A stretch of DNA of 64,000 nucleotides from Chloroflexota bacterium (GTDB lineage: Bacteria > Chloroflexota > Limnocylindria > Limnocylindrales > CSP1-4): positions 1,337 to 65,336 of the forward strand of contig JBDTOJ010000047.1 of NCBI GenBank assembly GCA_039933295.1, written 5' to 3'. The position numbers and the translations under genes are program-made. The notes beneath the pieces were generated by a model that was not told the origin of the DNA, ran no database searches, and was given only the letters and a program-made list of their open reading frames with translations. Shown piece by piece: positions 26,597-35,587 of the stretch. Positions within the stretch are counted from its first letter, which is position 1, and the number at the start of each line of letters is the position of its first letter.

Positions 26597-28023
26597 GGCG
26601 CAAAGCCATGGAGACCACAGCCCACCGCAATCGCCTTGATCGCTCCGATGCCTTCGTCTTCTTCGGCGCCACCGGAGATCTCGCCTTCAAGCAGATCTTC
26701 CCGGCCCTTGCCGGCCTGATCGAGAGTGGCGAATGGGCGATGCCAATCATCGGCATCTCCCGGCACGGCGACCTCGCCTCCCTGCGTGATCGGGCACGGG
26801 ACAGCCTCCGGGCGAGTGGAGTCACCGACACGAAGGTCCTCCGGGATCTCCAGGACCACCTCCGTTTCGTCAGCGGCGACGACGCCGATCCAGCAACCTT
26901 CGCGCGCCTCCGAACCGAACTCGGCGACGCCAAGCATCCACTCCATTATCTGGCGGTTCCCCCGGCACTCTTTGGCGAGGTCATCCGCCACCTAGGTGGC
27001 TCAGGCTGTTCGGATGGGGCACGGGTGGTCGTCGAGAAGCCGTTCGGTCGAAATCTGGCGGCCGCGCAACGGCTGAACCGGACGCTCCACACGGTCTTCG
27101 ACGAGGACCACATCTTCCGGATCGATCACTACCTCGGCAAGGAGCCAGTACAGAACCTGCTCTACTTCCGCTTCGCGAACCGTTTTCTTGAGCCAATCTG
27201 GAACGCTGATCACGTGGCATCCATCCAGATCACGATGGCCGAGGCGTTCGACGTCGCCGATCGCGGCGCGTTCTACGACAATGCCGGCGCCATCCGGGAC
27301 GTGGTCCAGAACCACCTCCTGCAGACCGTCGCGGTTCTGGCCATGGAGCCACCGTCAGGACACGCTGACGAAGCCATTCGGAATGAGAAGTTCAAGCTTC
27401 TGGACTCGATTCGTCCGATCCGGCCCGATGACGTCGTCCTTGGCCAGTACCAGGGCTACAGGAAGGTGGCGGGCGTCGCCCAGGATTCGACGGTCGAGAC
27501 GTATGCGGCCCTGCGTCTCCACGTCGACACATGGCGGTGGGGTGGTGTCCCGTTCTTCATTCGGACCGGCAAATGCCTTCCGGTGACGGCCACGGAGGTA
27601 CGCGTCGAGCTCAAACGGCCACCCGTCAATCTATTCGCCGAACACGAGCCCGGCGGCGCCAACTACCTCAGGTTCCGCTTGACGCCGGACATGTCGATCT
27701 CCCTTGGAGCGCGCGCCAAGAAACCGGGAGAGGCGACTGTTGGGGAGGAGGTCGAGCTGTTCGCCAGTCACGACAGTGGCCACGAAACGCCGCCTTATCA
27801 GCGTTTGCTCGGCGATGCGTCCATCGGGGATCAGCAACTGTTCAGCCGCGAGGACGCGGTCGAGGCGGCATGGCGGATCGTCGATCCGGTCCTGGATCCC
27901 GACGCCCGGCCCCATCCCTACAAGCGCGGCAGCTGGGGTCCCGGTGCGGCCGATGCGATCATCGAGCCCTTCGGTGGCTGGCATGCCCCGGCGGCGGCCG
28001 GGAGCCCGAGCACGACCGAGTGA
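26593..28023 (+). CDS. zwf: glucose-6-phosphate 1-dehydrogenase
   Basis: FVFFGATGDLAFKQIFPAL, the active-site motif RIDHYLGKE, and EKPFG. The ATGA start/stop overlap with gnd lies at 26593-26596. Confidence 0.95.
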   Translation: MRRKAMETTAHRNRLDRSDAFVFFGATGDLAFKQIFPALAGLIESGEWAMPIIGISRHGDLASLRDRARDSLRASGVTDTKVLRDLQDHLRFVSGDDADPATFARLRTELGDAKHPLHYLAVPPALFGEVIRHLGGSGCSDGARVVVEKPFGRNLAAAQRLNRTLHTVFDEDHIFRIDHYLGKEPVQNLLYFRFANRFLEPIWNADHVASIQITMAEAFDVADRGAFYDNAGAIRDVVQNHLLQTVAVLAMEPPSGHADEAIRNEKFKLLDSIRPIRPDDVVLGQYQGYRKVAGVAQDSTVETYAALRLHVDTWRWGGVPFFIRTGKCLPVTATEVRVELKRPPVNLFAEHEPGGANYLRFRLTPDMSISLGARAKKPGEATVGEEVELFASHDSGHETPPYQRLLGDASIGDQQLFSREDAVEAAWRIVDPVLDPDARPHPYKRGSWGPGAADAIIEPFGGWHAPAAAGSPSTTE

Positions 28024-28028
28024 CCGCC

Positions 28029-30491
28029 ATGGCCCCGGGCGCCCCGGGCATCGGGCCAACGTGGACGAGCTCGGCGAAGGACGCCGTGGGTACCTCGCGT
28101 GGGGCGAGTCGGGTCTGGTTCACCGTCGGGCACGGGATCCTCAACGAGGTCTACTGGCCACGCGTGGATTCGCCCCAGGTCCGTGACCTCGGGTTCATCG
28201 TCGCCGACGGCGTCGGGTTCTGGAGCGAGGTCAAGCGGGACGCCGAGGTCACTGTCCGCTCCGTCCGGCCGGGCATCCCGGCCATCATGGCCGAACACCG
28301 TCACCCGGCCTACACGCTGAACCTGCGGATCTGCGCCGACGACCATGCCGATGCGGTGCGGATCGAGGCCCACCTGATAGATCTGCGATCGGGTCACGAC
28401 GCCGCGGCCGGAATGGCGCCTCTGCGCCTGTACCCGCTCCTCGCGCCGCACCTCGGCTTCAGCGGACTCCACAACCGGGCCTGGACCGGCGAGTATCGCG
28501 GTCGGCCGATGCTGTTCGCCCAGAATGGCGAGGCGACCCTCGTGCTCGCGAGCGATCCGCTCCCGGAGCGGCAAAGCGTGGGTTACGTGGGTGCTTCCGA
28601 CGGGTGGCACGACTTCTCGACCAACGGTGTCATGCGCTGGACCTACGATGCGGCGGAGGACGGTAATGTCGCCGGAATGAGCGAGCTGCCCGCTGTCGAC
28701 GGAGTCGCGCAGCTCGTGCTCGCATTCGGTGCGCGCCCCGAGGAGGCGGCGCTCTTCGCGTCGGCAGCGCTGGCCGGGGAGTTCGACGTCGCGTGGGACG
28801 AGTACGTCGCGGGCTGGGAAGCGTACATCCGGACCTGCGCGCCGCCCCCGAATGACCTCGGCCCGGATCTTCGTGCCGCCTACCTCGACTCGGCGGCGGT
28901 CCTTGCGATCCACCAGGATCGAAGCGCGGCAGGGGCCTCGGTGGCGAGCTTATCGATTCCATGGGGCAATGCCCGCAATGATCTCGGGGGCTACCACTTG
29001 GTCTGGTCACGCGATCTGGTCGAATCCGCCGGGGCGCTCGTCGCGCTCGGTGCCGTCGGGGCGGCGCGACGCGCCCTGGCCTACTTGATCGCGACCCAGG
29101 AGCCAGACGGGCATTGGGTCCAGAACCAGTGGGTGGACGGCAAGCCCTATTGGTCGGGCGTCCAACTCGACGAGGCGGCCTATCCGATCCTGCTCGCCGG
29201 CGCGCTGCGCCAGCATGGTGCGACCCACATGCATGGACGCGCCGATGCCGCCGCGACCTTCGAGCACCTTGTGACCAAGGAGTCGCTCGATCGAATGATC
29301 CGCGCGGCGGCTGGCTTCATTGTTCGGGCCGGCCCCGTGACCCGGCAGGATCGCTGGGAGGAGAATGCGGGTCTGACGCCATCCACCCTGGCCCCGGTCA
29401 TCGCCGCGCTCGTCGTCGCGGCCAACCACCTGTCCGAACCCGCTGCGGGCTATTGCCGGGAGTTGGCGGACGACTGGAACGCCGCGATCGAGGACTGGAC
29501 GTTCGTCTCCGGGTCCCGCTCGGCCCGGGAAGCCGGGGTCGACGGGCACTACGTCAGGATTGCCTCACCTGACGTCCTGGCCGGGGCGCCCATCCAGACC
29601 GAGGTCCCGGTCCGGAACCGGCCCGACGGGATGGCGCACGTCGCTGCCGACGAGATGATCGGGACCGACTTTCTGGCCCTCGTTCGATTCGGCCTCAGGA
29701 GCCCGGACGACCCCCGGATTCTGGACTCGCTGACCGTCGCCGATGCCGCGCTCAGGACGGACACACCGTCCGGCCCGGTATGGCATCGCTACACCGGTGA
29801 CGGGTACGGCGAGCACGCGGACGGGAGCCCCTTCGACGGGACCGGCATCGGTCGTGGCTGGCCGCTCCTGGTTGGCGAACGCGGGCATTACGAGCTGGCG
29901 GCCGGCCGGGACGCCCGGCCCTACCTCGAGACGATGCGCCGGTTGGGGTCCGATGGAGGGATGCTGCCCGAACAGGTCTGGGACTCGGACGCGATCCGCG
30001 ACGCCGGCCTCTATCCCGGCCGCCCGAGTGGCTCGGCGATGCCCCTCGTCTGGGCCCACGCGGAATACCTGAAGCTCGTTCGCTCGATCGCACTCGGGCG
30101 GCCCATCGATCGCCCCGAAGCGGCCTGGAACCGATACCACGGGGTGCGACCCGCGGCCAAGCGGGCCACCTGGCGATTCGATGCCCCGCGACCGACGATG
30201 GCAGTCGGCCGACTCCTTCGCTTCGAGTTGCTCGCCCCGTGCCGCGTCGAATGCACGTTTGACGGATGGCAGACCAGGATGGTCATCGAGGCCGACGACA
30301 CCGAGCTGGGGATCTGGGTCGCTGACGTCCCCGGGTCGAACGAGCTGGCCGCCGATTCGGCCGTTGAGGCGACCTTTCATTGGTCGGGAGACGATCGCTG
30401 GGAGGGCCGAAACGTTCGCATCGAGGTGGTGGCCAACGTCGTTGCTCGGCACATCGCCGGGCGCGCTCAGGCAGGTACCGCGGGCCGATGA
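28029..30491 (+). CDS. glycoside hydrolase family 15 glucoamylase / glucodextranase-like enzyme
   Basis: The N-domain GIGPTWTSSAKDAVGTS...WFTVGHGILNEVYWPRVD, and the catalytic (alpha/alpha)6 blocks GGYHLVWSRDL, WSGVQLDE, DRWEENAG and LPEQVWD. ATG 28029 is 5 nt after the zwf stop. The 986-aa track ORF is an artefactual 5' extension. Confidence 0.85.
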   Translation: MAPGAPGIGPTWTSSAKDAVGTSRGASRVWFTVGHGILNEVYWPRVDSPQVRDLGFIVADGVGFWSEVKRDAEVTVRSVRPGIPAIMAEHRHPAYTLNLRICADDHADAVRIEAHLIDLRSGHDAAAGMAPLRLYPLLAPHLGFSGLHNRAWTGEYRGRPMLFAQNGEATLVLASDPLPERQSVGYVGASDGWHDFSTNGVMRWTYDAAEDGNVAGMSELPAVDGVAQLVLAFGARPEEAALFASAALAGEFDVAWDEYVAGWEAYIRTCAPPPNDLGPDLRAAYLDSAAVLAIHQDRSAAGASVASLSIPWGNARNDLGGYHLVWSRDLVESAGALVALGAVGAARRALAYLIATQEPDGHWVQNQWVDGKPYWSGVQLDEAAYPILLAGALRQHGATHMHGRADAAATFEHLVTKESLDRMIRAAAGFIVRAGPVTRQDRWEENAGLTPSTLAPVIAALVVAANHLSEPAAGYCRELADDWNAAIEDWTFVSGSRSAREAGVDGHYVRIASPDVLAGAPIQTEVPVRNRPDGMAHVAADEMIGTDFLALVRFGLRSPDDPRILDSLTVADAALRTDTPSGPVWHRYTGDGYGEHADGSPFDGTGIGRGWPLLVGERGHYELAAGRDARPYLETMRRLGSDGGMLPEQVWDSDAIRDAGLYPGRPSGSAMPLVWAHAEYLKLVRSIALGRPIDRPEAAWNRYHGVRPAAKRATWRFDAPRPTMAVGRLLRFELLAPCRVECTFDGWQTRMVIEADDTELGIWVADVPGSNELAADSAVEATFHWSGDDRWEGRNVRIEVVANVVARHIAGRAQAGTAGR

Positions 30492-30573
30492 TGCCCTTCG
30501 ACTTTGTATCCGTCGCCCAGCTCGACCTGTGGGCCGCGCGACCAGCCCACGTTTCAGCCAGCAGGAGCGAACC

Positions 30574-31944
30574 GTGAGTGGTCGAGTCAGGCAGCGTTCG
30601 ACCGTTTCGGTGGCGCTCCAGAGCCGACTCGAGTGGCTGCGCTCCCGACTGTGGTTCATTCCCGGCGTCTTTGCCGTAGCAGCAACCGTCGGGGCCTTCG
30701 CCCTCGTGCCACTGGACCGGCTGGTGGACGAGCACGTGGCCGGCGATCTCGGCGGCGTCCTGTTCGCCGGCGGCCCGGAGAGCGCCCGGCTCGTCCTGTC
30801 CACGATCTCCGCGGCGATGCTCACGTTCACGGGCCTCGTCTTCTCTGTGACCATGCTCGTCCTCCAGCTCGCGAGCAGCCAGCTCTCGCCCCGGGTGATG
30901 CGGACATTCCTGCGCGATCGGATGAACCAGACGATCCTCGGCCTGTTCGTGGCGACATTCCTGTACGCCCTCCTGGTGCTGCGCGAGGTTCGGACGCCCG
31001 CCGTCGGTGCTTCGTTCGTCCCGTCGATCGCGGTCACCGTCGCCTACGGGCTGCTCGTCGCATCGGTCGGCGCCTTCATCATCTACATCCATCACATGGC
31101 GCAGGCGATACGGGCCGTGAGCGTGCTGCGCAGCGTTGGGCACGAAACCCGGGAAGCGATCGGACGCCTGTATCCAGAGGGGATCGGTGAGGATCCGGAC
31201 CAGCCGACGGTGGCGCTTCCCGCGCGCGAGCCTGATCGGCTGATTACGCAGGACCGCGAGCCGGGCGTCGTCACGTCAGTGGACGAGGAACAGCTCCTGA
31301 CCCTCGCCACGGATCACGGCCTGACCGTGGCCTTCCGGCACTTCGTCGGCGACTTCGTCCCGGAAGGAGCGCCGTTGCTGGCCGTCTGGTCCCGAACCGG
31401 AGGCAGCGACCCCGACCTCGACGACCTGCCGGTCGGCCGCCTCGCCCACTGCATCGAACTCGGTATTGAGCGGACGATGACCCAGGATGCTGCCTTCGGG
31501 ATCCGCCAGATCGTGGACATCGCCGAGCGCGCGTTGTCGCCCGGAACGAACGACCCGACCACCGCGCTTCAGGCGCTCGACCAGGTCCACGACCTGCTCC
31601 GTCGTCTGGCCGTGCGACGGATCCCATCGCCATTCCGGCTCGGTCCAGAAGGCGACGTACTGCTCCATCTGCCATGCCCCGGCTGGGATGACTACGTTGC
31701 GCTCGGGATCGACGAGATCCGCCAATACGGGCAAGGCTCGATCCAGATCGCCCGGCGACTGCGCCATCTCCTGCTCGACGTCGCATCGGTTGCCCCGGCG
31801 CCACGAAGGGCGGCCATCGACCGCCAACTCCGGCTTCTCGACGAAGGTCTGGATGCCGCCTTTGCCATCGTCGATGACCGTGCCAGCGCGGCGCGCCCGA
31901 GTGCTTCAGGGCAGGGCCCGGACCGGCCCCCGCCGGACCACTAG
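30574..31944 (+). CDS. DUF2254 family membrane protein
   Basis: LRSRLWFIPGVFAV...VLQLASSQLSPRVMRTFLRDR is the family hallmark as I recall it. GTG 30574 is preceded by AGGAG. Confidence 0.7.
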   Translation: MSGRVRQRSTVSVALQSRLEWLRSRLWFIPGVFAVAATVGAFALVPLDRLVDEHVAGDLGGVLFAGGPESARLVLSTISAAMLTFTGLVFSVTMLVLQLASSQLSPRVMRTFLRDRMNQTILGLFVATFLYALLVLREVRTPAVGASFVPSIAVTVAYGLLVASVGAFIIYIHHMAQAIRAVSVLRSVGHETREAIGRLYPEGIGEDPDQPTVALPAREPDRLITQDREPGVVTSVDEEQLLTLATDHGLTVAFRHFVGDFVPEGAPLLAVWSRTGGSDPDLDDLPVGRLAHCIELGIERTMTQDAAFGIRQIVDIAERALSPGTNDPTTALQALDQVHDLLRRLAVRRIPSPFRLGPEGDVLLHLPCPGWDDYVALGIDEIRQYGQGSIQIARRLRHLLLDVASVAPAPRRAAIDRQLRLLDEGLDAAFAIVDDRASAARPSASGQGPDRPPPDH

Positions 31945-34055
31945 GACGCGGCGAGTGCGTCCCGGATCGCGCGGACCACGGCCTCGCCCACGACCGGGAT
32001 GCCACCGACCACGATGGCATGGGACGGGTTGAGTCGGACGATCTCGGCACGGATAGAGGCGGGCAGCGCCTGCGGGGCGGTTAGGACCATCGGCGCGCCA
32101 CGCGACCCGGCCGCGGCGGCAGCTGCGAGGGCGTCCGCGAACCCGAGACCCGACGCCACGTAGACAACCGGCACGCCAGTCGCGAACGTCGCCGCAACCG
32201 CGGCCGAGGTCGCATACCGATCGTCACCGGCGAGTCGGGTGACGGCCGCGCCGGGCAGCAACGCGGAGATCGAGGCAAGGACCGAGTCGCCGACGACCGC
32301 CGTGCCACCGACGATGACGACTCGCGAGGGCGCCAATCGGACCAGTTCCTGGGCCGTGGCGTCGGGCAGCGCCTCGGCCCGCGTCAGGAGCACCGGACCA
32401 CCGTCGCGAGCAGCCGCCGGTGCTGCAGAGACGGCATCGGCGAACCCGAACCCCGGGACGACGTACGCGACCGGCGCCCCGTCCGGGTAGGTGGCAGCCG
32501 AGAGTGCCGCGGCTGTCAGGAAGCGGTCAGGGCCGGCGATGCGCTGGACACCGTCGGGAGCACTTGCTCCCAGCGCGGCAAGGACGACATCGGACACGGC
32601 GCCCGTGCCCCCGACGACGACGATTCGGTTGGGCTGGAGGCGCGCAATGGCGGCCGTGGTCGCGGCCGGGATCACGGTCGGTGCCACCAGCAGGACCGGT
32701 GCGTGCTTCGCTCCGGCGACCGCGGCCGCGGCCAGCGCATCGGCGAAGGCCGTTCCCGTCGCCACATAGACGACATCGATGCCGGGCTGGAACGCGTCGG
32801 CCGCGATCGCCCCGGCGGTGGAATATCGATTGAGGCCGGCAATGCGAACGGTGGCGAACGAGGCGGCGATGGCGTCCCAGTAGCCGGCGATGCCCCGGTC
32901 ATAACCGAGCGTCCAGATCCCGACGCCCCCGAGACCACGCTGATTGGCAAGGTCGTATTTCGCGCGGAGCGTGACCGGGTCATCGAAGTAGGTCTGGGTC
33001 CAGACCCCGGTGGTCGGATCCTGAGTGGCGAACCACTTCGCCCCCTCGACCGGGTCATGGTTGATCACCGTGCCGGCGGGGATCGCGGCGATCCCGTCAC
33101 TCGGAATGAAGACCCCGGCAGATCCGGTGGTCGAGGCATGGAGGAGGCCGCTGCTCGTCATCCAGGAACGCCCGTAGTAGGGAAGGCCGAGCAGGACCTT
33201 TGATGAAGGAATGCCTTTCGCGGCATACGTATCCAGGGTCCAGGTCAGGCTGGTCTGCGAGGCGGGCCGCGCGATGGGCGCGATGCCCCCGGCAGGGCTG
33301 GATCCAGCCGTCCGGTAGCTGTAACCCATGATGAACACGCGATCGGCGCCATTCGCGAGGGCCTGGATCGCCATGTTGGCACCCGATACGTTGCCGTTCG
33401 TCGCGACCGATACCCGCGCCGCCGGATTCCATGACCGAAGGGCCGTTTGGAGCTGCTTCACGAACTGCCCGTACGCCCCGAAGTTCTCGTTGTAGAGCGA
33501 CTCGACATCGAGATTCACGCCGTCGAGTCCCTCGGACTGGACGAGGTTCGAAATCGCGGTGGCGGCGGCGGTCATCGCAGCTGGATTGGTGAAGAACGCC
33601 GTGTTCTTCGCGTAGCCAAAAGATGTGATCGTGAGATCCACGCGGACCCCGGCGGCATGAGCATGGGCCACGATCGTCGCCGCGGTTGGGCCGGTGACCG
33701 CGGGATAGCCCGTCTCGGTGATGGAGATGGCGCCGGTCGCGGTGAACCCAACCGAGAACAGGGCGATGTCGGTCAAGAGGTCATAGCGAAGGTAGGTGTC
33801 CGTGCCGCTGTCGATCTCCCAGTAGGGCAGGTAGCCGTAGACATCGGCCGACAGCTTGCGCCCGAACTGGCTCGCCGCGAGGGGACTCGCGAGCGCGTCG
33901 GCCGCGGCCGGGGCGGGTGGCGTCACCGTCGAGGCTTCAACGGGCACCGGAGCTCCCGAACGCAGGATCGTCAGGACAAGGAGGATCGCGAGCACGACCG
34001 ATGGTCGTCGCTGAGGGAGCCGGCTTGGGCGCGGGGCTGGCAAATCGGCAGACAT
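31941..34055 (-). CDS. GH18 glycosyl hydrolase (SleL/YaaH-like, peptidoglycan/chitin-type) fused to three cell-wall-binding repeat 2 (CWB2) modules
   Basis: N-terminal anchor, then a GH18 barrel with catalytic block GLDGVNLDVESL (DGxNxDxE) and FIMGYSYRT. The C-terminal third contains three copies of the pattern RIAG.dRY.TaaA.a...........VyVA.G..FADAL.AA..A......PvlL. Confidence 0.8.
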   Translation of the reverse strand: MSADLPAPRPSRLPQRRPSVVLAILLVLTILRSGAPVPVEASTVTPPAPAAADALASPLAASQFGRKLSADVYGYLPYWEIDSGTDTYLRYDLLTDIALFSVGFTATGAISITETGYPAVTGPTAATIVAHAHAAGVRVDLTITSFGYAKNTAFFTNPAAMTAAATAISNLVQSEGLDGVNLDVESLYNENFGAYGQFVKQLQTALRSWNPAARVSVATNGNVSGANMAIQALANGADRVFIMGYSYRTAGSSPAGGIAPIARPASQTSLTWTLDTYAAKGIPSSKVLLGLPYYGRSWMTSSGLLHASTTGSAGVFIPSDGIAAIPAGTVINHDPVEGAKWFATQDPTTGVWTQTYFDDPVTLRAKYDLANQRGLGGVGIWTLGYDRGIAGYWDAIAASFATVRIAGLNRYSTAGAIAADAFQPGIDVVYVATGTAFADALAAAAVAGAKHAPVLLVAPTVIPAATTAAIARLQPNRIVVVGGTGAVSDVVLAALGASAPDGVQRIAGPDRFLTAAALSAATYPDGAPVAYVVPGFGFADAVSAAPAAARDGGPVLLTRAEALPDATAQELVRLAPSRVVIVGGTAVVGDSVLASISALLPGAAVTRLAGDDRYATSAAVAATFATGVPVVYVASGLGFADALAAAAAAGSRGAPMVLTAPQALPASIRAEIVRLNPSHAIVVGGIPVVGEAVVRAIRDALAAS

Positions 34056-34317
34056 GAACAGAACACTCGGTGCGGGATCAGAAACGTAGGCCCGACCCTA
34101 GAGCATTCCGGCCAGATTGGCCCTCGGCCACTGGTTCGTGCTCAATAGGTCGATGGTCCCGACCGAGTCGTCGTTCATCGGGTGCGCTCAAAGGTCTTCA
34201 CTGGGACTCCGAGCTTCAGGTCGACGCCGACACCGATTTGGCTGCCCGCCATCATGAGTGCATTGGTGAGCAAGCAGAACCGGCGATGAGGCCGCCAGCG
34301 CATCGAGGTCCGCCGGT

Positions 34318-35559
34318 ATGATGGCGTCGATGACCGAGCACGGGCTTCCGAGTGTCGATGGGGCGATCGCCTGCCCATTCGTGGCGTTTGAGGGCGATCG
34401 AGACTCGCGCGCGACGGGCCCTGACCACCTTCACCGCTGCTACGCGGAGGTTCGACCTGCGCCGCGCGCGCTAGCCCATCAGCAGGCCTACTGCCTCTCG
34501 TCGGCATTCGCGGTCTGCCCGACATTTCAGGACTGGGCACGCCGCGAAGCCGCGCAGGCGCGATCCGACAGCCTCGCAGCCGCCGCATCCGGTGGAGCCG
34601 GGGAGTCCAGTGAATCGCCGGACCGCCCTGCACCAGATGGCGAACGATCCGGGACGGCCCCGGGATCGGAGCGGAACCCGCCGCGTGACTGGGCATCCCC
34701 GCCACCCTGGATGGGTGGGGGTGCTTCGGAACGCACCGGATTCGATGACGCCGCGTCGGACGATCAGCCGGATGTCATCGCCATTCCCACCCGCGGCGGT
34801 GGGCTCGCCGGCTCCTTCGCGGACCGGATCGCCAATCAGCCGTCCGGGCAGCCCGCAGATCGCGGTGACCGCGACCCAGGCCCACCAGCTGATGCCATGC
34901 CAGCGGCTCCGGTCGCGAGCCCTGCCTGGCGTGAACCCGCCCACGGCGAGCCCGCGCCTCAGGGTCGGCTCAGCGAAGGCCACGACAGCTACGAGGAGCC
35001 TGCGTACTCCGGTCAGGATGAAGACGTCGAGAATCGAACTCCAGGCGCACGCCAAGGGCGCGCGAATCGTGCCGCCGTCGGCCGAACGGCACCCTCGTGG
35101 GAGCGCATCCCGCGGCGTGAGGCGTATCCGACCCTCAAGACCCGGATGGCGTTGTCCGGGATATCGATGCCACCGATCATGCTTGCCGTGGCCGCGGTCG
35201 TGATTGCTGCCGTGGCCCTGTTCGTGCTGCCGGCAATCCTCGGCGTCGGGAACCCACCCGCCACCTCTGGTCCGAGCCAATCAGCGTCGCCGAGCCAGGG
35301 ATCAGCCAGCGCGACGCCGATCGTTGCGACGCCGGTCCCGCAGCCGACCCAGCAAATCTATGTGGTCCAGTCGGGCGACACCATGTCCCGCATCGCGAAT
35401 CGGTTCGGGGTTCCACTTGCCACCCTGTGCGAGGCGAACAAGACGACAATCCCGGACTGCAACAAGGTCGTGGTCGGGGCCAACGTGATCATCCCGGCCG
35501 TCGCCCCGACGACCGTCCCGGGTGCGTCCACGAGTCCCGTGCCCGCGGCGAGCCAGTAA
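34318..35559 (+). CDS. LysM peptidoglycan-binding protein with N-terminal Cys/His motif, disordered middle and one TM segment
   Basis: C-terminal LysM domain YVVQSGDTMSRIANRFGVPLATLCEANK...VGANVIIP. TM segment PPIMLAVAAVVIAAVALFVLPAIL. N-terminal motif CPFVAFEGDRD...HLHRC...YCLSSAFAVCPTF. Confidence 0.8.
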   Translation: MMASMTEHGLPSVDGAIACPFVAFEGDRDSRATGPDHLHRCYAEVRPAPRALAHQQAYCLSSAFAVCPTFQDWARREAAQARSDSLAAAASGGAGESSESPDRPAPDGERSGTAPGSERNPPRDWASPPPWMGGGASERTGFDDAASDDQPDVIAIPTRGGGLAGSFADRIANQPSGQPADRGDRDPGPPADAMPAAPVASPAWREPAHGEPAPQGRLSEGHDSYEEPAYSGQDEDVENRTPGARQGRANRAAVGRTAPSWERIPRREAYPTLKTRMALSGISMPPIMLAVAAVVIAAVALFVLPAILGVGNPPATSGPSQSASPSQGSASATPIVATPVPQPTQQIYVVQSGDTMSRIANRFGVPLATLCEANKTTIPDCNKVVVGANVIIPAVAPTTVPGASTSPVPAASQ

Positions 35560-35587
35560 AGTCCGCGGCGAGCCCGTAGGGGCCGGA

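Noticed and set aside
27531-28028. 166-codon 5' extension that turns the GH15 gene into a 986-aa ORF overlapping zwf
   Set aside because: The extension is Arg/Gly junk lying out of frame over the well-supported zwf C-terminus. ATG 28029, right after the zwf stop, begins the recognisable GH15 N-domain.
30181-30573. 131-codon 5' extension of the DUF2254 ORF overlapping the GH15 3' end
   Set aside because: It contains no hydrophobic or conserved features. GTG 30574, with an AGGAG SD, begins directly at the family's TM region.
34056-34317. c-di-AMP (ydaO-type) riboswitch in front of the wall-hydrolase and LysM genes
   Set aside because: I compared both strands with the motif blocks I remember (GGGGACCCA, GGGGUGAAUCC, CCCGAA...AGCUAACC). 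None is present. The region is kept only as a low-interest 'long leader' observation.
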